A stretch of 38,404 nt of DNA, from contig NC_057726.1 in the NCBI RefSeq assembly GCF_004010195.1, positions 61,793,835-61,832,238 of the forward strand, given 5' to 3'. The stretch is from Chiloscyllium plagiosum (taxonomy: Eukaryota). The stretch's first letter is position 1, and each line of letters starts with the position of its first letter. The notes below the pieces were generated by a model, which made no database searches, was not told the origin of the DNA, and saw nothing but the letters and a program-made list of their open reading frames with translations. The translations under genes and the position numbers were made by a program. Below are positions 12,241 to 23,361 of the stretch, piece after piece.

Positions 12241-12713
12241 GAATAATTTACTAAGTGCTCAAGCCACACCAGTGGCCTGCATTACCAAGAGTTACAGCTC
12301 AATAAGGAGTATGTTATCTTTGTAAATCCGATTTTGGTGCTACTCACAACAGAGTAGACTTTTGTTTGCATTGCGAAATTTTTTCGGCGATACAATCTGA
12401 GAGAATGGAAAAGCAGTTTGGATATTTTGATATCACTTCAAAATGAATATAATTACACTTCTAACTTTAGAATCGGGAGGTCATGTATAAATCGAGTAAA
12501 CAATTCGAAAGAGGGGATGAAATAATCCAATTTATATTGTCATGTCATTTTGCTAATCACATTTGTGATATTAGCTTCATTCGTTAACCATGTAGGAAAG
12601 TGCTCACTTTTCCTCTATAGCTAATCACGATTCGCCTCCTTTTTACGTCTTCGATAAAGGATCATTGGGTCTTGGGAACTAAAAATATTCAGTAAAATAA
12701 CAAATGTTCTTAC

Positions 12714-12835
12714 CCGCTTTAACACGAATGTTGTCAAAATGATTATCAATAGTAGAATTGCCAGCATGCCACCTGCCCATCTGGAGATCAGCAGATAATC
12801 TTTACCTACATGATCAATATTATTTGAATAAAAAA
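12714..12835 (-). CDS. IgSF receptor exon 4 (stalk and transmembrane: VFYSNNIDHVGKDYLLISRWAGGMLAILLLIIILTTFVLKR)
   Basis: Acceptor gtgctgtgcag (phase 1), a hydrophobic run ending in KR stop-transfer residues, and donor CGG|GTAAGA (phase 0). An alternative in-frame acceptor would start the exon at 12805. Confidence 0.82.
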
Positions 12836-14005
12836 CTGCACAGCACAGTAAGATTTAAACACTGAGCATCATGGTCAGGCACAGGAGGGCGAGCTGCAAA
12901 GGAGTGTCCCTGGACGATCACGTCCAATGAATGTAAATAGCGACTGATCCCCTTTATTTCAATGTGTGATGTGTGTACAAAGATTATAATGTCTATCATA
13001 TGACAAATCAGTAATACAATTTATAGAGGGAACAGTTCCATAAAGATTCGGGAATTTTCAAACTGGGTTGTTTCTAAAGGGGAAAGACATTTTATTGAAC
13101 TCGCCAATTTACGTAGCACCTGCTGCAAAACTGCCAAATTCTTACTTTCGTCAGATTTAATGCAGATCACCTCCTGTAACATTTGGCTTTTGCCCCGCCG
13201 ACATCCTTGCAGGACCATTGCAGCTTGATTTCCTTAACAAGGTACGCAACCTAGCCAAGGCTTTCTGTTCAGTCACAGTGCTAATGTTCATGCAACAATG
13301 TGAAAAATGACCTACACCCTGTCCACAATAAGCAATTCAAAGGAAATATGGGTAATGTACATCCCATTCTGGTTTCTGCAAAGATATGGAAGGTGCCATG
13401 GACAGTGCTGTCAGGTGAAACTTTCACAAGAATAACTTGTTCACTGAGGTTCGATTTGAATTCCACTCGGTGTTGTGTTTTTTGTTCAGTTGTGGAATGT
13501 GAACGTACCTAGCTGTCCAGTGTTTATTGTCCAAGCCTCGATACCCTTCGAAAGGTGATGGAGACCTACCCTCTAGAACTGCTGCAGTCCATTTAATATA
13601 GGGCGACCCACAATGTTGTTAGAGGGGGAATTCCAGGATTTTTACTCAGTGACTGTGAAGGAACTTCTGATTGCACTATAGTACTAGTTCAATTATTGAT
13701 CAAAGAGATGAAGTCTAGATGTGAGGTGAATGTGTCTGCTCTTAAAATTAAGGCAACATTTGACCAAGTATGGCATTAAGGAGTCCTAGAGAAACCAATG
13801 TCAATGGGAATAGAGTGGGATGGGGAATGGGAGCGCTGGCAGTGATGGAAGTGGTTAGAACTTACTACTGGTTGGAATTATATCGAGGAGAGAGGAAAAT
13901 GTTTTGGATATCAATTATTTCTGTACTATGCATCAACAGAGCAGTATCCTGCCCCAACTATTTTGCCTGCTTCTTCCTGACCTTGCCTCCAACATAAAGT
14001 CGACA

Positions 14006-14592
14006 TTCAGGAGGATGGAAGAACATAGCAAGCCAGGCAGCATCAGGAGATGGTGAAGTCAACGTTTTGGGTGTAACTCTTATTCAACACTGCGGGATTG
14101 TTGTAGTGGGAGCTGCAGATAAAGGGACTCACTGAGTGCACATCTGAGAGAGGCAGATAACTTCTTCAAAGTGGACATCCTTTCAGAAAGCTTCGTAGTT
14201 GAACAAACTTGGTTAGAGACAAAAAAAAACTGCAGATGCTGGAATCCAAAATAGACAGGCTGGAAGAACACAGCAAAGTCTCCTCAAAGGATGTCCACAT
14301 TGAAGAAGTTCTCTGCCTTCTCAGACGTGCACTCAGCATGTCCCTTTTTCAGCAGCTACTCCGACACTCACCCCCAGGTCCTGCAAGGAGGTCGGTGGGG
14401 CAAAAGCCTTTCTCAGTAGCAATCACAGTATACACCTGAAACAACTGAGAATTGCACAGTCTTCAACTATGTTTGATGTGAAGCACCCTCTCTGCTCCAG
14501 CATGGTGAAGATGAAGCAGTTGCTGGCCACAAATTGGCACCTTAGGTTACACCCAAAACGTTGACTTCTCCAGCTCCTGATGCTGCCTGGTT
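14006..14592. mobile_element. Rearranged Penelope-like terminal-repeat insertion
   Basis: Direct repeat TCCAACATAAAGTC(G/A)ACA at 13988-14005 and 14593-14610. Inverted pairs at about 14033-14078 / 14545-14590 and about 14105-14185 / 14275-14362. Confidence 0.75.
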
Positions 14593-15574
14593 TCCAACAT
14601 AAAGTCAACAATCTTCAGTACCATTTGCAGCTCCTCAGAAAATGAAATAGTTCTTGACCAAGTGCAGGAAAACCAAGGCACAATTCCATCTCCAGCTGAT
14701 AAGTGAAGAGTAACATGCACACCACACAAATGACCATTTCCAGCCAGATAGAATCTAACTGTCTCCCTTAATATTCACTGGCATCCCATTGCTATACTTC
14801 CCATATTCGACATGCTGAGGGTTGCATTGATCAGAAACTGAACTGGGCCAGTCATATACTTAACCAAAACAGAGGCTAGGAATTCTGCATCCTCTTAATT
14901 TCCTCGAAGTGTATCTATTGTCTGCAAGGCAGAATTGATGAATTTGATGGGATACTCATCACTTGCCAGAATGAATATATATTAACGACACTCAAGAAAT
15001 TAGATGTCACCTGGGACAAAGAAGCCCATTTGATTTGAATCCAATTCACCACGTCAAATATTCACCCCCGGACCACACATTGACATTGCAGCAGTGTATA
15101 CCATTGACTCTGGCCACTGGTTGCTGGTGTCCCCACTTTGTGCCATAGGTTCCTGGCATCATCTCTCCGGCTGCTGCTCACAAGTGTTCCAGCATACTTC
15201 ACCATTCAACTATATCATGGTTGAACTTCCTCAGCACTATTTTCTCGCACTATCTATATATCATTTAACATCTGGAACAATCTTGATCTCAATATTTTAT
15301 ATTCTTAGTGACCGAGCTTTCCCAGCAGTGTAAGGAGGCGGGGCTGGGTGGCTGATGGGAGTTGGCGGAATTCCAACATTCTGGTTGAAGAATTTCTCTT
15401 CACCTCAGTCCTAAATGACCTGCCCCTCCATATTGTGAAATAGTGTTCTCTGGATCTCGACCATGCGCCAGGGAAAATGTCCTTTCCTCATTTACCCTCG
15501 CGAGACCTGTAAGGATTTGTATGTTTTATGACACCCTTCTCCAGCCTTCCCAGACAGCACCGATTGCAATTTTT

Positions 15575-15800
15575 AGTGTATATAACAAGAGCAACTTGCA
15601 ATTATACTGACTTTAACCGGACAAAAAATAATTCTCAGGCATTTCGCAGAGCATTACCAGCCAAACATAATTGATCTTAGGACAGAGAGAAATAAGGATA
15701 AAGGAACTTCTTAAAGAAGGAACGGCACAGTGGGAGACTGAGAGGCCGCAATTTTCCAAGTTTAGAGGATAGGCAACTGAAGACGTTGTTGGTGGAGATT
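15575..15800 (-). mobile_element. Probable L2-like LINE 3' remnant
   Basis: AACTTGCAATTATACTGACTTTAAC...GGCATTTCGCAGAGC resembles the reverse-complemented L2-type 3' terminus. Highly degenerate. Confidence 0.35.
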
Positions 15801-16133
15801 AGCTGGATAGGATAAACGATATACATGAACGGGTTGTATCTGCACATTCATTTCATTAAACAAAATATAATTGCCGAGTTCTGAACGTTTGAGTAGTTTT
15901 CGCAACAATTTCCCATTTCAGGTTATTTTGGGAATCTATTCACCTTCCTGCACCCGCAAGCTATCTCCCAATATTTTACTTTGTTTCCATTTTGTGGCAT
16001 TGAGAATGAATACCGGTCACATTTATGTGATACGCTCGTTTTAGCGTTAGTTCAATGCCTTAAAGATACAGATTTAAGTCCATCACCACCCATCACACCC
16101 CCAACTCCCTGATGGGAATATTTTCAATCTTAC

Positions 16134-16430
16134 CTCGATTAACAGTGTAGCTGACACTGGCGAGCTCTTCAAGACAGATATGAGATGCCTGGCAGGTATA
16201 AACTGCACCGCTCTGCACAGGCTGCGCTTGTTCCAACGAACTAGTAACCTCATAGAGCCCGTCCAAAGTCTTGTTTTTCACAGTTTGTATTCGGGCCTGA
16301 ATTTCGACGCCATCTCTTAGCCAGGAGATTCTTAAATCCTCCGGGTAAAAGGTTGTAGTTTTACATTCGAACTTCCAATAATTCCTGGAAATCCCTTCCA
16401 CGGCAACGATTTTCCGGAGTGTTGGGGAAA
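16134..16430 (-). CDS. IgSF receptor exon 3 (C1-set Ig domain)
   Basis: Acceptor tttactttctgttatag and donor CGAG|GTAAGA; 297 nt, phase 1-1. FECKTTTFYPEDLRISWLRDG, DGLYEVTSSL and YTCQASH fit the C1/Ig-MHC signature [FY]xCx[VA]xH. Confidence 0.95.
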
Positions 16431-18207
16431 CTATAACAGAAAGTAAAACATTTTTTGAAAGATCAGCTTACATTCTCTTTTGTTCCCCTTCCCTCCAGAA
16501 CGCACCTTTCCTCGCCCCATGTTTTGCTGTTCCGTTCCGAGTGCGACAATTGTTTTCATTGTTATCCTATTTTAAACTTGCTTTATGCATTTATTTTTAG
16601 AAATGCAGGGCAAAACTTTGGTATGCTTTTCAATTTGTTTACAACGCGGTTGAACACGGGTAGAAAATCTTTTATAAAACGCAGGCCTTACATAATCCCA
16701 AAGGATTACCCTTCTGTAAATGAATTCGATTTGTTCAACATGTTTATTTCTCCCCCTGAAGGAGATTATGGGGGTGAAGCAAACTGTTCCAATGGGTAGG
16801 TCATTGGACCCTTTGAGTCTGATCCAACAGTTGATAAGATCATGTCTGTGCCGTTTGAGTTTCTGATTCATATGCCCGTCTTCACCTGAATCTCCCCGAA
16901 AATATCAATTCTACATTAACCGTTTACTAAAGCGAAAACGTGCTCTCTCGATCTGCAATCAGTGCTTAGCTGGAAGTAATGTCACTGAGTTTGTATTGTC
17001 CTGCTGTTCATTACAATCAATATCCGTACCATCTGATCCCTGTCTATTTATGGTTCCTGCATTTTAATACCTTAAATGAGTAATTAAATGAGATATTTTA
17101 CTCACTTCCAAATTCATGCTAGCTTTTATTGCGAGCAAAGGCTGAGAATTCTGACATTTTCCCCAGGGATATGCTTCAAACAGCATAGAATCCCGTGGAG
17201 AAAGTAAATAGTATTATTTTGATCTCCTGTCGTAAGTCCTTTTGCAACGAAATAATAAGTTATAAACACAAGGAGCGCAAAGTGTTTTTTAAAATATATG
17301 TTTGTTTCAGTCCTTAATGCACTTCGTGCCTGCATCAAAGAAAGTCCAGTTGGCGAGATACAGATGACCAAACAAAGGCAACGGTTAACTTCCCTGTCCT
17401 GCAAACTTAAGAACTGGGGATCAATCAGTTGATCTCTCACTATATCACATGATTCGCTTGTTTAAAAAAATGGCGTTTCAAGCATGTTAGTATTGGAAAA
17501 ATGTGCAGCCAAACGCGAGGCAATTCTGACCTTGAATTTCTCTCATTAATAGAATCATAGAATCCCAGCAGTGTGGAAGCAGGCCATTCTGCCCATCGGG
17601 TCCACACCACCACAACTCACTCTGCTGCTCACTTAAGTTATGGTTGAATTTTATCTCAATTCCGTTTGTCCAATTTTATTTAATTGCGTTGATTCCCAGC
17701 ATTAATTTCCCTCGATATCCATCTCAGAGTCTGATCAATTCGGTACAGTTCGAAAAGTTATACGATTTGAATTAATACTGAATGTACATTGCGGGTGCCG
17801 ATTTCGTGGTCTTTAGAAACTTGTATAAAGAAATTGTGTAGGAGTTGTCAAAATTATTCTGATGAAAGATTATGACTTTAAACATTAATTATGCTTTGAT
17901 TAACAAGTAAGTCCAAGGGTATCAGGTGGAGAGGAAAGCGAGTTGAGACTACAATCAGACCAGCCAAAATTTTATTGAGTGACTGAGTGAGCTGGAGGGA
18001 CAAATGGCCTACTCTAGCTTCTAATCCTTATGCTTGTATAACCTCTGCAGATGCTCTGACACGCTTCAAATAACTTTTATTAATATTTCACGTTTCCAAT
18101 ACCCACAGTAATTTGTTTTTGCAATAACATTATTTCCATTGTTGTATTTTAGCACTATAGTTAGAGATAAACCGAGCATCTTAACTCGTGACACAAGAAC
18201 AGAACCG

Positions 18208-18330
18208 TCCTGAAGAAGGATCATTGGACACAACGTTAGCTCACACAGATGCTGCCAGACCTGCGGCGTTTTTCCGGCAATTTCTATTTTTGTTTCAGAT
18301 TTCCAGCATCCGCAGTTCTTCGTTCTATCT
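18208..18330 (+). mobile_element. Penelope-like terminal repeat remnant
   Basis: CTGAAGAAGGATCA...CAGATGCTGCCAGACCTG...TTTGTTTCAGATTTCCAGCATC, the reverse complement of the family at 3235-3340 and 7705-7840. Confidence 0.7.
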
Positions 18331-18672
18331 TATTCCATGAATTAATTTCGACCCAAGATTTAATTAGTCATCCTGTTTCACTATCTTGGAGCAATGTCAA
18401 CTATTTTTGCAACAGAAAGGCACTCGTTGGATTTACAGCACTGTGCTGTGTCATGATCATGACGGGCGATGGAATTGATCGTGAGAAGTGCCGTTTAACG
18501 GGCGAAAGCGAATCAACAACCGTTGTACAGCGGGGTCAATGGAAAAGAGATGCCCCGGACAGTGCGAAGAGAATACGCTGTTACTGGATTCTCCTCTTAT
18601 TACAAAGCCTCAGATCACATAAATTGCACAAAACAACTGAAGATTGCCTGCCCCTGGTAAAGTGTCACTTAC

Positions 18673-18978
18673 CACACACAGTCAGCAACGAGCCACTTCC
18701 AGCTCCAATGATGGTTTGCTGATGCCTTAGTTTGCAAAAATACATTCCGGAGTCTGCGACAGTGACATTGAGAACATGAAGTGAGCTCCGTCCTTTCTCG
18801 ACATGCATTCGCTTTCTGCTGTCCGGTTCTAGAAGCGATTCCTCATTGCGTCTCCACCAAAATATTTCAGGAATGTCTTGAAATATGGGAAATGTGCAGA
18901 ACATGGAAACATTGTCACCTCTGGCCGCTTTCAACTGTTTGGGAAACTGATCTACTTTGCTCGAAGTTACTTTAGTTA
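18673..18978 (-). CDS. IgSF receptor exon 2 (V-set domain with J-like G strand)
   Basis: Acceptor tttctgttcttttttaaaatag and donor TGTG|GTAAGT; 306 nt, phase 1-1. Motifs GDNVSMFC, IFWWR, SSLHVLNVTVADSGMYFC and GAGSGSLLTV. Confidence 0.96.
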
Positions 18979-19203
18979 CTATTTTAAAAAAGAACAGAAA
19001 CCGTGACACTAGTTGTAGAAGCAGAGAAGGTAAAACAACAGAGTAAAGTACAAGAACAGCTAAGAATAATCACGTACATCGAATTGCGGAAGCAAAATAT
19101 CTAACTTTGCAGTGCATAGTAGCTGTAAACATGAAATGCAATCAAAGTTATTCTAAAAGGACAGCTCATAATATTTAAGGGTCACAAGAGTGCCAAGGCA
19201 TAC

Positions 19204-19243
19204 CCAGAAGAGCCATGAACAGAACCGCTGCTCTCGCCGACAT
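19204..19243 (-). CDS. IgSF receptor exon 1 (signal peptide MSARAAVLFMALL)
   Basis: ATG with A at -3, a hydrophobic core, and donor G|GTATGC in phase 1. It joins exon 2 in frame to give ...ALLVTKVTS-SKVDQFP. Confidence 0.88.
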
Positions 19244-19299
19244 ATTGCTGATATGGAAACAGAGTTGGCTCCTTGCTGTAAATGAGGATAGTATTTTGA

Positions 19300-19760
19300 A
19301 TGGTTGGGGGTTGGAGGAAGGGGAAGTGGGTGTCAAAGATAAGAATATTAAACGTGAGAGCATGCCATGAGATATCACTTGACTACTGCAGCGCACTGGA
19401 TGTAATTGTACTTCTCTGTGGGAATTTGTTAGGTTGGAGGTCCCTTCCAAACCCCCTGCTGAAACATTTCCATCTGATGATCAACGGTTTTGTTTTATTT
19501 TCAGTCACCACGGAGACACTACCTTCCAAAAACCCCCTTTGTCAGCGTTTACCTTTTATCGTTAGCTTAATGCTGAAAGTATCGCTTCAGGCCACAATAC
19601 TCGGCTCTTTTATTTAAGCCATTCCTTTCCACGTAAGTAACTGTTTATCCTCGGAGCTCTGAGTTTCCCGCCATCCTCATCTTTAACAAGCTCCGAACAC
19701 CCGAGTGTCCAGGAGGAAACACTGGAATGATAATTATATTCATTTCCATTTCTCCATTTC
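19300..19760 (-). promoter_or_regulatory. Putative promoter of the IgSF gene
   Basis: Repeat-free sequence upstream of the ATG. It has ETS/PU-box-like GAGGAAGGGGAAGTG (19314-19328) and GAGGAA (19713-19718), kB-like GGGAAACTCA (minus, 19660-19669) and ISRE core GAAATGGAAA (minus, 19743-19752). Motif matches only. Confidence 0.45.
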
Positions 19761-20289
19761 AGAATTGCTGAGAACAGTTGGAGCTTTATTTTAACCAGAT
19801 TATAAACAAAAACGACTTGTTTTCAAATCGTTTTGTGTTGAAGCTATTTGTCCACGCAATACACAACAAACAAACACAGCATTGTGTTCAGTGATACCTG
19901 GAGATGGAACCGTGAGGAGAAACAAGCTTGGACAATGCCCATTTAACTGGTCGGCATGAGAAAGGGATCTTCTGTGAAAGTAAAACCAAGTTTTGTCGAC
20001 TTGATACATTTGGATTGTTGGAATTATAGTCCTGAATATGGAGGCTTGACACAAAATATTATATATTTGAAATACATTTATGATCTCTCCGTATCTGTTG
20101 AAAGAGTTTTATGATTCACATTGGGGTTAATGATTGGAGATTTGATTATATTTCGTCATACAGGAATAAGAGTTGTCTGTTTAACTCTCCTAGTTTTTCT
20201 TCCAATTCACGAAGTCACAACAGATCTGAAATCTTATATCTTGCACTTGATATGTGATCAATTGTCATTTCCCTGATGCATATAATATA

Positions 20290-20760
20290 CCAGAGCTGGA
20301 AACGCTCAGCAGGTCAGTCAGCACAGGTAGAAGATTAATTTGACTAACATTTCAAGGATTGCCATATTTCAATGCAACCTCACAAAGTTCAAAATTTAAG
20401 TACTTTGAGACAGAGCAGAAAATAGTGAAAAAGGTCTATGATAGCAGGAACACAGAAGGTACGAAAAGATTGGAGAGTTACTCGTAGACAGTCAACCAGA
20501 GCGATGATGGGTGAAAAGAAACAATGATCAGAACATGCGCCCTTGAGAAGGTACGCTGCTGTAATATGAGCAACAAAATGCAAGATTGCTTTCAAAAATT
20601 GTTAAACTCATTGTTACGTCCGTAAGAATATAAAGTCCCTAACAAGACAATAAGGTACAGTTCCTGCAGCTATCAATGAGCTTTACTCGAACCTAGCGAA
20701 CATCGAGAAGTGAGTGTGAAGGTCTGATATCTACAGGTAGCTGGAAATCGTGCTTACAAG
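20290..20760 (-). mobile_element. Highly degraded Penelope-like 3' fragment
   Basis: Begins with GCTGGAAACGCTCAGCAGGTCAGTCAGCA, like the other terminal repeats. Weak similarity continues toward the GIY-YIG end. Confidence 0.45.
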
Positions 20761-21331
20761 CATTTGAACATTCACATTAGCCGTGTTTCTTAGAATAATC
20801 GAGTCCAGAATAAAATGTTTGACTTTTTTGTCTTCTACAGTTGAATAGTAATTCCAATATTGAAGAACTTAAGATTTAATATTATTGAATGTAAAACAGT
20901 ATTTTTTTTGTACGAGTATTGTTTCAATAAAAACAGCATGGTGAAAAATACCTCATCCATTACTCCGAGGAATAGGAGCAAGATTTTCTCGATTTCTGAA
21001 CGCATGATTATCCCTTATCCAATACTGCTAAAACAAAATCTGGAGATTATCTGCATTAATTGTGGGTCTCTATCGTTCACAATTTGTTAACAGCGTATGT
21101 TAATAGAGACTACACTATAGGACAAATCCAGCAGAGTTGGCAGAGCTCTTGTATACAGTCAAGCTAGAATTGCCCTGGGAGTCCTCAACTTTGACTCAGG
21201 ACCTCATTGCTTCAGTTTAAGTAAGGGCAAGGAAACTCCTGCTGATTACCATGTACCATCATCTCTCCCCGCCCCACCCCCTCCCCGACTCACCCCGCCC
21301 CCCCACCCCCACCCCCACCCCACGCCCGGCT

Positions 21332-21424
21332 NNNNNNNNNNNNNNNNNNNNNNNNNNNNNNNNNNNNNNNNNNNNNNNNNNNNNNNNNNNNNNNNNNNNN
21401 NNNNNNNNNNNNNNNNNNNNNNNN
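21332..21424. other. Assembly gap (93 N)
   Basis: Run of N next to a C-rich tract. Confidence 0.99.
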
Positions 21425-21742
21425 CCACCCCCCCTCCTCTCTTGCCTCCCTTTCTATCCTTCCTGTAGCATTTGTATCCTGGAACATTAAGCTGCCAGTT
21501 CTGCCCATCCCTGGGCCATGTTTCTGTAATTGCTAGGATATCCCAGTCCCATGTTCCTAACCATGCCCTGAGTTCATCTGCCTTCCCTGTTAGGCCCCTT
21601 GCATTGAAATAAATGCAGTTTAATATATTAGTCCTACCTTGTCCCTGCCTGCCCTGCCTGTTTGACTCACTTCTGTTCTCAAGTGTACCAGTCTCAGATT
21701 AATCTCTTTCCTCACTATCTCCCTAGGTCCAACCCCTCACCA
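21425..21742 (-). mobile_element. CR1 fragment (ORF1/ORF2 junction and endonuclease N-terminus)
   Basis: The minus strand reads CIYFNARGLTGKADELRAWLGTWDWDILAITETWPRDGQNWQLNV, an APE-type endonuclease start. Confidence 0.8.
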
Positions 21743-22305
21743 ACCCCCACCCCACGCCCGGCTAATAAATCAGTACTCCTCAATGTTGAATGAAACTTGT
21801 AGGAAGCACAGAGCACAAAATGTACTCTTGGTGGTGGATTTTAATGTTGACCACCAAGAGTGGCTCTGCAGCAGCTACTGATTGAGCTGGTCGGACCGAA
21901 AAAGACCTAATTGCTAGACTAGCGCTGTGGCAGAAGGTGAGGGAACTAATAAGAGGGTAAAAAATACTTGACTTCATTCTTTTCAATCTGTTGGCTGCAG
22001 ATGACACTATTGGTATGAGTGAGCGCTGCACTGTCCTTGTGGAGACATTGTCCTACCTACAAATTGAGACTACCCTCCATCGTGTTGTTTGGTACTATTC
22101 GCTGTGCTACATGGAACAGACTTAAAACAGATCTCACAGCTTAAGAATAGATATCCATGAGGCGCTATGGATCATCACGAATAGCAGAATTGTATTGCAG
22201 CACAATCTGAAACCTCATTGCCTGGCATTTCCCTCGCTCAGCAACCCGGGAGATTGACACAGTTTGAAGAAGAGTGCAGGAGGGCATGCGAGGAGCAATA
22301 CCCAG

Positions 22306-22613
22306 AAAATCCCAGATGGCTTCCTTCTTCAAAGATTGCAATTTCCCTTCCCATGTGTTCGACTTGCCCTCCAGTGCATCTCTTCCATTTCCTGAACCTC
22401 TGCCCTTGAAATCCAGCCCTCCCAACGCGACAAGGACAGAATCTCCCGGTCCTTACCTTCCACCCCAGCAACCTCCCTATACATTGCATTATCCTGCACC
22501 ATCTCCGCCACCTACAAATGGACCCCACCACTAGGGATATATTTCCCTCCCCACCCATATCAGCATTCCAACGAGACCATTCCCTCCTTGACTCCTTCGT
22601 CAGATCCAGCCCC

Positions 22614-22646
<33 letters not shown>

Positions 22647-23361
22647 CTCCCTNNNNNNNNNNNNNGGCTCCGCAGAAATTGCAAAATATGCACTCACACC
22701 TCCCCCCTCACTTCCAACCAAGGTCCCCAAGGATTCTTCCCCATTCAACAGAAATTTACCTGTACCTCCACCAATGGAATTTACTGTATCCGCTGCACCC
22801 ACTGTCATATTTTCTGCATGGGGGAGACAGGATGCTAACTTGTGAATCATTTTAGATAACATCCCTGTGACACCCACACCAACCAACCCCAGTGCCCCAT
22901 GCCTAAGCACATCAACTTCCCCTTCCACTCCATCAAGGATGTGCACGTCCAGGGCCTCCACCATTGCCAAACCCTGGAGGAATAATGCCTCATATTTCAC
23001 CTTGGGACCCTGCAACCATATAGGATCAATGTGGATTTCACCAGTTTCTACATTTTCCCTCCCTCCACATTATCCCAATCCCAAGCCTCCAACTTGGCAC
23101 TGCCTTCTTGACCTGTCCATCAGCTTTCCCTTCTATCTGCTCCACCCTCCTGTCTCATTTATCACATTCTCAGTCACCTTCCCCCCAACCCCTCATCCAT
23201 TTATCTCTCAGTCCCCCGGCCCACAAGTCTCATTCCTGATGAAGTGCATATGCCTGAAATGTCGGTTCTCCTGCTCCTCGGATGCTGCTTGACCTGCTGT
23301 GCTTTTCCAGCACCACACTCTCGACTCTGATCTCCAGCATCTGCAATTCTCACTTTCTCCT
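22306..23361 (+). mobile_element. 5'-truncated Penelope-like element (GIY-YIG end and terminal repeat); contains a 13-N gap at 22653-22665
   Basis: QMASFFKDCNFP, then CKICTH...FTCTSTNGIYCIRCTHCHIFCMGET (degenerate GIY-YIG with the Cys/His motif). Hammerhead-like CTGATGA...GAAA near 23237-23263. Imperfect flanking repeat AGCAA(T/C)ACC. Confidence 0.9.

Noticed and set aside
19244-19450. In-frame upstream extension of the leader ORF (ATG near 19363)
   Set aside because: It overlaps the putative promoter and would bury the signal peptide. The ATG at 19243 has good context and gives a normal leader.
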